The notes beneath the pieces were generated by a model, which saw only the letters and a list, made by a program, of their open reading frames with translations, did no database searches and was not told the origin of the DNA. Positions 19,860 through 26,583 of a stretch of DNA of 64,000 bases are shown piece by piece (positions within the stretch are counted from its first letter, which is position 1; every line of letters begins with the position of its first letter). The stretch is from Desulfobacterales bacterium (GTDB lineage Bacteria > Desulfobacterota > Desulfobacteria > Desulfobacterales > UBA5852), in contig CAXXVS010000002.1 of the NCBI GenBank assembly GCA_963674755.2, positions 1,952,001 to 2,016,000 on the forward strand, in the 5' to 3' direction. Made by a program: the position numbers and the translations under genes.

Positions 19860-19895
19860 AGGCACTTACAAGCAATTGTGAGTGCCTTGTTTTTT
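19860..19895 (+). terminator. Intrinsic terminator after tRNA
   Basis: AGGCACTTACAA-GCAA-TTGTGAGTGCCT followed by TGTTTTTT. Confidence 0.7.
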
Positions 19896-20088
19896 GCCTT
19901 AAAATTCCGATTTCTCACCATATTTCCCACCACGAGAAAGCTCCGTCAAATAAGGGCTTGCCGCTTCGGTGGCCTGGTGGGTCGCCTTTGAACCTGGAAA
20001 GGCGCGCCGATCCGGCCGCCATTGGTCCGCGCTTTGCTATTGGCTTATGGGTGGGTTAAAAGGTGGGAAAACGTGGTGGGAAAAGTGA

Positions 20089-20134
20089 CCTACCATCGCC
20101 CCGCGTTCGCCTTCTGGCATTGTTTGGCGATCCG
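20089..20134 (+). repeat. 46-bp imperfect direct repeat, left copy
   Basis: CCTACCATCGCCCCGCGTTCGCCTTCTGGCATTGTTTGGCGATCCG; second copy at 21879-21924. Confidence 0.75.
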
Positions 20135-20152
20135 CATTTTAGCTGTCAGACC

Positions 20153-20197
20153 TTCCTAATCCATGTGCCGCAAGTTCGATTCTTGCCGGGGGCACCA
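20153..20197 (+). pseudogene. 3' half of a tRNA-Arg(CCT), att-site-like fragment
   Basis: TTCCTAA loop, TCCAT, GTGCC, T-arm GCAAG-TTCGATT-CTTGC, CGGGGGC-A-CCA; no matching 5' half upstream. Confidence 0.75.
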
Positions 20198-20522
20198 ATT
20201 AATTCAACCACTTAAAAACTTAGATTTATCACCTTACAGAAAATTATTTCTTTTTACCCCCATTTTGCCCCCATAAAAGCATGGCAACAAAACCGGCCCG
20301 CTATGGTCATCGATCGCGGCATAAAGAATGGGGACCAGGCCCGCCGGCCACCCCCCGGTATCGGTTTTGCTTTTGAGTTGGGGATCAGGCTTGAAGCGGT
20401 GTATACCACCGTACTAAATTAGTGTTTCTCTCAAATTGGGATCTTGCTTATAAGTCACCAACACTATATATAGAGCCATCCCGCATTTTAATCACCATAT
20501 TTTGAGCCAGCTCAAATAACAC

Positions 20523-20550
20523 TTGACAGATTTAACCTACAGGTTAAATT
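20523..20550 (+). promoter_or_regulatory. Promoter with palindromic operator for the toxin-antitoxin operon
   Basis: TTGACA (20523-20528) followed by ATTTAACCT-AC-AGGTTAAAT inverted repeat (20530-20549). Confidence 0.65.
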
Positions 20551-20551
20551 C

Positions 20552-20947
20552 ATGAAAATAGCTGAAATTGGTTCTGGCGATGGGTATAGTCTATATGCCC
20601 TCGAAATTAATGATAAATACCCCGTCAAAGAGTACCTTGAAACTTTAGATGAAAAAAGCCTAAAGCAATTTTTAGCTCTGTTCGAACATATATACAGCCA
20701 GGGGCCGCCAACAAACGAACGCAAATTTAGGCGTATATTTGATAAAATTTATGAGCTGAAAATTTATAGTGGAGGACGTATCCTTTGTTTTATCCCTGAT
20801 GAATCACTACCAAAATCACTAATTTTAACACATGGGTTTCCTAAACCCCCTAAAAAAACTTTGCAACGTGAGGCAAAAAGAACAAATAAATATCGATCAG
20901 ATTTCATCGAATACGTAAATAAAAACAAAAATATTATTGTTGAATAA
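20552..20947 (+). CDS. RelE/HigB (Gp49-like) type II toxin
   Basis: 131 aa; PVKEYLETL, KFRRIFDKIYELK, GRILCF, LILTHGFPKP pattern of Gp49-like RelE toxins; toxin-first order. Confidence 0.75.
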   Translation: MKIAEIGSGDGYSLYALEINDKYPVKEYLETLDEKSLKQFLALFEHIYSQGPPTNERKFRRIFDKIYELKIYSGGRILCFIPDESLPKSLILTHGFPKPPKKTLQREAKRTNKYRSDFIEYVNKNKNIIVE

Positions 20948-20963
20948 TCCACGGAGAAGAACC

Positions 20964-21371
20964 ATGGCAAACAAATCAAATTGGTTTAAGGAAAAGCTAA
21001 ATGAGTTCCAAAACGATTTTGATTTCCGCCTTGAAAAATTAATATTGGATGTTACCGAAAAAATTTCAAAGCGGATCAAACAAAAGAAGCTTTCGCGCGT
21101 TAAATTTGCCGAAAAACTGAAAGTATCACCGCCAGCAGTGACAAAAATTCTTGATGGAAATTCTAACTTTACTCTTAGGACGTTATTATCATTAGCGGAT
21201 GCATTAGAGTTGAATCTAAAGATAGATTTCCAAGAAACCGTAACTGTTATGCAGGCAGGAGTAGAGGCGGCATCAACCTATACTTACCTACCAGCAAATA
21301 GTTATGCTGTTGTTGTAAACCAGGCTAATGATATTGCATACGGAACCTCAGTTTTTGAAAAAGCTGCTTAG
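20964..21371 (+). CDS. XRE/HigA-type HTH antitoxin with C-terminal extension
   Basis: ATG 20964 after GGAGAAG; LSRVKFAEKLKVSPPAVTKILDGNSNFTLRTLLSLADAL HTH, then a ~45-aa tail ending EKAA. Confidence 0.8.
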   Translation: MANKSNWFKEKLNEFQNDFDFRLEKLILDVTEKISKRIKQKKLSRVKFAEKLKVSPPAVTKILDGNSNFTLRTLLSLADALELNLKIDFQETVTVMQAGVEAASTYTYLPANSYAVVVNQANDIAYGTSVFEKAA

Positions 21372-21395
21372 TTAGATATTTTATAGGAGATAAGT

Positions 21396-21815
21396 ATGAA
21401 GTTAAGCGCTGAAAATAAAAAACTAATAGTAGATGAAGTTGATTTTGTCACAAAAAAAATGAACGCAGAGGAAGATCCCTCAAAAAAACTTTATTACTTC
21501 AGCGCCATCCCGGGTATGATACAGCGTGTTTATAATATAGATTATGATAACGACCTTGTGTTTGCACATTTCGTATTACAAGCGGTTTTTACTGTAATTA
21601 ATGAACGAATTGTTGCGCTGCGGCAAAAAGGGGATGGAAATGTTCAATTGAGCCTCGAACAATTTGAAAAGTTAGAACAATTATCCGTTGAATTTGGTAT
21701 AAAGTTAAAGGAAAACAAGTCAGTTGATACTGTTCTTAAAAAATTTGTATTATTATTAACGTCTACTACTGGAAACGGATATTATTTAATGCAAAAAGGC
21801 TTCTTAAAAATATGA
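21396..21815 (+). CDS. Hypothetical protein, third gene of the TA operon
   Basis: 139 aa, AGGAGA RBS, 24 nt after the antitoxin, same AT-rich composition; no family recognised. Confidence 0.8.
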   Translation: MKLSAENKKLIVDEVDFVTKKMNAEEDPSKKLYYFSAIPGMIQRVYNIDYDNDLVFAHFVLQAVFTVINERIVALRQKGDGNVQLSLEQFEKLEQLSVEFGIKLKENKSVDTVLKKFVLLLTSTTGNGYYLMQKGFLKI

Positions 21816-21878
21816 TATTGAAGCCCTAATTGTTATATATCAAATCCATTCTGTGTCGCTGATCAAAGATCCGTAGGT

Positions 21879-21924
21879 CCTACCATCGCCTTGCGTTCGC
21901 ATCTTTGCATTGTTCTGCGATCCG
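21879..21924 (+). repeat. 46-bp imperfect direct repeat, right copy
   Basis: CCTACCATCGCCTTGCGTTCGCATCTTTGCATTGTTCTGCGATCCG. Confidence 0.75.
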
Positions 21925-22058
21925 ACCGGCACGCCACTTATCAATCATTTCGGTTTCACTTATCCAGGACCCGCCGATCTTGGCGGCCGGCAACCCGTCG
22001 TTTCGGATCAATAGTTTGACCGTCGTTTCGGAATAGCCGACATACACACAAGAAGTCT

Positions 22059-22237
22059 AATGGGGTCAAGTCTGCCCATGACCCAATTAAATTCCAAGAT
22101 GAGTCATGAGCAGATTTGACCCCAAGAACATTTTGGTGATCATCGATAGGATAATTTGCTTATGCAACCAGTCCCACTTATTTGCCTATGAAGGATCAAA
22201 AACGTCGGAATGCGTCATGGGCAGACTTGACCCCATT
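22059..22237. repeat. REP-like palindrome cluster (TGGGGTCAAGTCTGCCCATGAC)
   Basis: Forward arm 22061-22085, inverted arms ending at 22124 and 22235; same unit again at 25405-25429 and 26067-26106. Confidence 0.8.
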
Positions 22238-22241
22238 TTCC

Positions 22242-22290
22242 CACGCTCCACTCGGACTCGCTGAAGCTCGCCGGTGAACTTAAACGTTAT
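22242..22290 (+). other. Integron attC site remnant (R'' end lost)
   Basis: GCTCCACTCGGAC...GCCGGTGAACTTAAACGTTA. The arms pair with three extrahelical bases; it ends in a GTTA core, which reads GTTATGT or GTTAGTG once the intron is removed. Confidence 0.65.
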
Positions 22291-24549
22291 TCGCGACACG
22301 AAGTCGCGTATTTATATGTGATTTCATATTGTTAGATGAAGTCACCCGGCGTGTCCCCGCCGGTATCCTAGGGAGGCGTGCTACCGTTGCGCTGATGACG
22401 GGGTGCGAAGCCCTCCTGACAATGTACCGAATTGGGAAGAAGCCGTGAGGTGGACTCCCCTCTGGGAATCCCGCCCGGTTAAGGGCTAGGATGGGGCAAT
22501 ATGGCGAGAGTAGGCAAAGGACTTTACGCGCCGTCAGTGAGCACGGGCCTACCGGGATTTACAGGTCTACGACGCGTTTCTTAGCGGTTACGCGTGTTGG
22601 AGAGGTTGCAGGAGACTAACGTGCCTGCACGGGACCCCATTTCCTTCCGGCGTCCAAGTTCCGCCTAAGTTGCCCGTTAAAGTAAATACGTGGAACGTGG
22701 CAACCCCGTCCCTTCGCCCAGGGCAATCCATGGGCAGGCATTACCGTAAGGCGTGTTGCTGGAGTGGCGGGCTGGAGAGGTTGAAAGAAGCGAAGGCCTC
22801 CGGGTAAGCCGGGGGATAGGGCCTGCAACACGGCCCAACGCTAAATCTGGAAGCTTCTGAGCAGACAGAAAACGGCGTGCTGACGTTCAACTGGTATCTT
22901 CTTGCGAGAGAATCCGGAGAACCTTTGAAGATAGGAAAGCGAAAGACGGCCGCCATGGCTGGCGCCCCTGTCGACACCGCCTTACAGTGGCATTCCATCA
23001 ATTGGAAGGCTGCCCAAAGGCATGTCAGAAGGCTGCAGATACGCATCGCAAAGGCTGTGCAGGAAAGAAGATGGGGCAAGGTGCGATCCTTGCAGAACAT
23101 TCTGACCCATTCGTTCTACGCCAAGCTGCTGGCTGTGAAACGAGTGACTTCCAACAAGGGGAAAAATACTCCTGGTGTTGACGGCGTCCTGTGGAAAGGC
23201 GTCCGAGCCAAACGACAGGCTGTTTTCAGCCTGCGCAGACGTGGTTACAGGCCGATGCCGCTGAGAAGGATTTATATTCCGAAGAAAAACGGCAAGAAAC
23301 GCCCTTTGTCAATACCAACTTTAACCGACAGAGCGATGCAGGCATTGTACAAGCTGGCACTGGCGCCGGTGGCGGAAACCACTGCAGATCGAAATTCCTA
23401 TGGATTTCGAGAGGGGCGCTCCTGCGCCGATGCCGTACAAGCCGGATTCAACGCACTGAACAAGCCTAATTCGGCAACATGGGTATTGGAGGCGGATATC
23501 GCCGGTTGTTTCGATAACATATCATCAGGCTGGATGCTTGAAAACATCGTAATGGATAAAGTGGTTCTTCGCAAGTGGCTTACGGCAGGATATGTGGAAA
23601 ACGGCATCCTTTATCCTTCTCGAAAAGGAACACCCCAGGGTGGTATAATCAGCCCGACGCTTTCCAATATGACACTCGACGGTTTGGAGGAGGTCGTCCG
23701 CGGTGCAGTCCCCCGTCGCAATCGTGTCAATTTCATTCGATATGCTGACGATTTCATTGTCACAGGCAAATCGAAACGCCTGCTGGAAAGGACGGTTCAG
23801 CCAGCAGTGGAAAGATTCCTGGCCGAACGCGGACTGACCCTATCAAGGGGAAAGACTGTTATCAGCCATATTCGAGACGGATTTACGTTCCTCGGGCAAA
23901 CTTTTCGAAAGCGTGGTAGGAAACTGCACATCAAACCATCTATTGAGGGAGTTCACGCCCTTAGAAGAAAAGTGGGAGCGTTAATCAGAAAATACGTCAG
24001 CGCGCCGATGGAGGCCCTGATCAAGGAGTTGAACCAAACGCTCCGCGGTTGGGCAAACTACCACCGCCATGTGGTATCATCGGAAGTCTTCAGCCGCATC
24101 GACACATATGTATTTGAACAACTATGGCGCATGCTCCGGAAGCGACATCCGAGGAAATCCAAACAGTGGCTATTCAAGAGATACTGGACAGCCGGTGAAA
24201 GGAAACATATCTTCGCTGTCAAATCCAAGACCGGGAAAGGCGTAGTCAAAGTCTATCAGGTTGTCCGAATATGCTCCATAGGTATTAGGAGACATATCAA
24301 AATCAAAGCGGCCGCAAATCCGTATTTACCTGAGTACTCCAGATACTTTTGGCAACGCAGGAACAATAGGGAGAGCAAGCTGTTGCCGGTAGTCTCGGCA
24401 AGAGAATTACGAGCAACGGTTGCATAGGAAGTTAACAGCCGGGCCGCCCACCAAGGGTTGCCTTGAAGATGCTTGAGCCGTGTGATGGGAAACTATCATG
24501 CACGGTTCTTAGGGGGGAAAGAGGCTGCAAAGCCTCTGACCTACCCGGT
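22290..24549 (+). mobile_element. Group II intron (IIB / chloroplast-like class) inserted in the attC core
   Basis: 5' end (T)TCGCGACACGAAGT; EBS1 loop at 22613-22623; IEP ORF; domain V GAGCCGTGTGATGGGAAACTATCATGCACGGTTC (24475-24508); domain VI ending CTACCCGG(T). Boundaries +/-1 nt. Confidence 0.85.
22877..24427 (+). CDS. ltrA: Group II intron reverse transcriptase/maturase, no HNH domain
   Basis: WHSINW...LQIRIAKA N-terminal domain, TPGVDG, IPKKNGKKRPLSIP, SYGFREGRS, GTPQGGIISP, RYADDF, LRGWANY; alternative start ATG 22955. Confidence 0.95.
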   Translation: MLTFNWYLLARESGEPLKIGKRKTAAMAGAPVDTALQWHSINWKAAQRHVRRLQIRIAKAVQERRWGKVRSLQNILTHSFYAKLLAVKRVTSNKGKNTPGVDGVLWKGVRAKRQAVFSLRRRGYRPMPLRRIYIPKKNGKKRPLSIPTLTDRAMQALYKLALAPVAETTADRNSYGFREGRSCADAVQAGFNALNKPNSATWVLEADIAGCFDNISSGWMLENIVMDKVVLRKWLTAGYVENGILYPSRKGTPQGGIISPTLSNMTLDGLEEVVRGAVPRRNRVNFIRYADDFIVTGKSKRLLERTVQPAVERFLAERGLTLSRGKTVISHIRDGFTFLGQTFRKRGRKLHIKPSIEGVHALRRKVGALIRKYVSAPMEALIKELNQTLRGWANYHRHVVSSEVFSRIDTYVFEQLWRMLRKRHPRKSKQWLFKRYWTAGERKHIFAVKSKTGKGVVKVYQVVRICSIGIRRHIKIKAAANPYLPEYSRYFWQRRNNRESKLLPVVSARELRATVA

Positions 24550-24639
24550 GTGAAACCAAAACAAACGGTCGGAAATGGGCAGGCTCTCTCCATAGTTGCT
24601 GAGAGCATCAATCAAATGATTGATAGCGAGGAGAATGGC

Positions 24640-25365
24640 ATGAGTGTGAACTTCGAGGAACTGGATTACCAGCGTACGGCTCTCGGTGAATTGAGTCTAC
24701 GACGGCGGCGGGCCTTGGGAATGGGCGGGCGTGAGGTATTCGAGGTAAAACTCAATGAAGAATATCTCATGTCGTCTTTATTTCATGAAGGTGAAGTGGC
24801 GTTAGCTGATCTCGGATTGTCAGGACTTGCAGGCGAGAAATGGGATGTTGTGGTTGGAGGGTTGGGTTTGGGCTACACGGCGGCTGCCGTTTTGAAATAT
24901 AATCAGGTCGCACGAATAATTGTGGTTGAGGCATTGGCGCCTGTGATTGATTGGCATCAACGCAAACTTGTTCCCAACGGCGCACTGCTTTCGGAAGATT
25001 ATAGATGCCGCTATTACCATGATGATTTCTTTGCACTCGTGCGGAGAGATGGCTTCGATCCGGATAACCCGAGGCACTTGTTTGATGCCATACTTCTCGA
25101 TATTGATCACACACCTAATGCCCTGCTTAATCCAGCCCATTCAGATTTTTATTCGAAGGAAGGAATGATGCGCCTGCGAGCATTCCTCAAACCGGGGGGC
25201 GTGTTCGGATTGTGGTCTAACGACGCTCCTGAAAAGGGATTTTTAGCCATTTTATCCAGTGTGTTCGATCAGGTTGATGGACATATCGTCGAGTTTGAAA
25301 ATCCAATTCAGGGCAAAACAGCGGAGAATGGCATATACGTCGCGACGGTTGAGAAACGTTCTTAG
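24640..25365 (+). CDS. Spermidine synthase-like SAM-dependent methyltransferase
   Basis: ATG 24640 after GAGGAG; YLMSSLF, VGGLGLGYT, DAILLDIDH, LKPGGVFGLWS. Confidence 0.85.
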   Translation: MSVNFEELDYQRTALGELSLRRRRALGMGGREVFEVKLNEEYLMSSLFHEGEVALADLGLSGLAGEKWDVVVGGLGLGYTAAAVLKYNQVARIIVVEALAPVIDWHQRKLVPNGALLSEDYRCRYYHDDFFALVRRDGFDPDNPRHLFDAILLDIDHTPNALLNPAHSDFYSKEGMMRLRAFLKPGGVFGLWSNDAPEKGFLAILSSVFDQVDGHIVEFENPIQGKTAENGIYVATVEKRS

Positions 25366-25404
25366 CCGGAACGATTCAGCGAATGCCGTACCCGTGGGTC
25401 ATAA

Positions 25405-25429
25405 TGGGGTCAAGTCTGCCCATGACCCA
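25405..25429 (+). repeat. REP-like arm, left half of the IS-interrupted palindrome
   Basis: Identical to 22061-22085. Confidence 0.8.
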
Positions 25430-26067
25430 GTCATATACCTCCGGCAAAGCCGGAGGCTTGAAAGATGTGAACCGCTCAAAGCGGTTATTTAATGGGCCAC
25501 CTCAAAGGTGGCGGTGCTTTACTTGAATAAATTCAATTGATCGAGCCGACGGTCCTCTTTCTCTTGAGCCCGGATATATTCTCGGACCGTTTTTTCATCT
25601 CGACCAACGGTAGAAACATGATATCCACGAGCCCAAAAATGGGCGCCTGTGAAATTCTTTTTCTGACCCAGATAATTGCGGGCCACATGGGTGGCACTTT
25701 TACCCTTGATATACCCAATCACCTGAGCCACCGCATATTTCGGAGGGATTGACACCAGCATGTGCACATGGTCTGACATCATATGCCCTTCAAGTATTTC
25801 GCACTCCCGGTGCTGGGCCAATTCCTTGAATACTTGGCCAAGATACTTCCGCAATTGGCCGTACAGTAATTTTTTGCGGTACTTGGGAATCCATACCACA
25901 TGGTATTTGCATTCCCATACGCTGTGGCTTAAACTTGAAATGTCGTTCATGAAAGCCTCTCCTTTGTGAATTTTGAGCGGTTCACATCCGGAGGGGCTTT
26001 CATTTGCTCCCGTAAATGTCAAACTCTGGTGAGTCCCCCGGCATAGCCGGGGGTTTACCTAATGGCA
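25430..26067 (-). mobile_element. IS200/IS605-family element, tnpA only
   Basis: Subterminal hairpins CCTCCGGCAAAGCCGGAGG (25438-25456) and CCCCCGGCATAGCCGGGGG (26035-26053); ends set by comparison with the uninterrupted repeat at 22061-22124 (+/-1 nt). Confidence 0.88.
25519..25950 (-). CDS. tnpA: IS200-family Y1 (HUH) transposase
   Basis: CKYHVVWIPKYR, DHVHML, IKGKSA, FWARGY, EYIRAQ. Confidence 0.95.
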   Translation of the reverse strand: MNDISSLSHSVWECKYHVVWIPKYRKKLLYGQLRKYLGQVFKELAQHRECEILEGHMMSDHVHMLVSIPPKYAVAQVIGYIKGKSATHVARNYLGQKKNFTGAHFWARGYHVSTVGRDEKTVREYIRAQEKEDRRLDQLNLFK

Positions 26068-26106
26068 ATTAAATTTCAAGATGAGTCATAAGCAGACTTG
26101 ACCCCA
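26067..26106 (+). repeat. REP-like arm, right half of the IS-interrupted palindrome
   Basis: AATTAAATTTCAAGATGAGTCATAAGCAGACTTGACCCCA matches 22085-22124. Confidence 0.8.
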
Positions 26107-26337
26107 AGGACCCCACTAAAATACCCTTATCGTCTAACCGAAACCCCTCTCGCAAAGCCATCGTCTCCCCTCTTCGGACCGCATATCCCGACCCGGCAGG
26201 GGGCGCTCTGGGAGAAGTCGCTCTGGGAAACCATGCCCCCACGAGCGCCCGTGTCAGGAGGGACTGCGGGCCTCCATTCGAATGCCCCATATCCTTGCGA
26301 GGCATTATGTTTTAAGGTAAACTGACGATAATAAATA

Positions 26338-26416
26338 CTCAGACAAAGCCAAACCAGTTGCGAAACTGGGACGGAAAGCCACGGATCTCAGCTACGAGAC
26401 GGCCGGGTTGCCTGGA
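26338..26416 (+). promoter_or_regulatory. c-di-GMP-I (GEMM-I) riboswitch
   Basis: GCCAAACCAGTT-GCGA-AACTGGGACGGAAAGCCACGGATCTC...GAGACGGCCGGGTTGCC fits the GEMM-I consensus. Confidence 0.85.
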
Positions 26417-26423
26417 AGATGAC

Positions 26424-26455
26424 GCCGGACAACCCATTGGGTTTCCGGCTTTTTT
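26424..26455 (+). terminator. Riboswitch expression-platform terminator
   Basis: GCCGGACAACCCA-T-TGGGTTTCCGGC followed by TTTTTT. Confidence 0.75.
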
Positions 26456-26583
26456 AATCCGCCAGCGGCGGACGAGGGTTTAATTCCCCGCCGCTTATGG
26501 CGCACCATGGCCGTTATCGCTACCCCTTTGCTTTGCGGTGGGGTAGTTCATTCGTCAAGTTGGCCTAACGACTTGGGGGCACC

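Noticed and set aside
20153..20197. Functional tRNA-Arg gene
   Set aside because: The D-arm and the 5' strands of the acceptor and anticodon stems are missing.
20310..20440. Phage end/packaging-like sequence
   Set aside because: Only vague G/C-run resemblance and no phage genes nearby.
21396..21815. Calling the third TA gene secB
   Set aside because: No SecB-like beta-strand pattern or motif visible.
21994..22032. CCGTCGTTTCGGA direct repeat (two copies)
   Set aside because: Real, but too short and context-free to assign a function.
22059..22237. Possible CRISPR array
   Set aside because: The repeats are inverted, few and irregularly spaced; no cas genes in the window.
22655..22672. TAAGTT/AAGTTC as EBS2
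   Set aside because: Complementary to the upstream exon but located 3' of EBS1, not where EBS2 normally lies; cannot be supported without folding.
22877..24427. RT as retron, DGR or defence RT
   Set aside because: It has a maturase region and is followed by clear group II intron domains V and VI.
24463..24639. N-terminal extension of the methyltransferase in the ORF track
   Set aside because: It translates intron domains V/VI; a good RBS precedes ATG 24640.
25366..25404. Downstream attC closing the cassette
   Set aside because: No RYYYAAC box or paired arms found.
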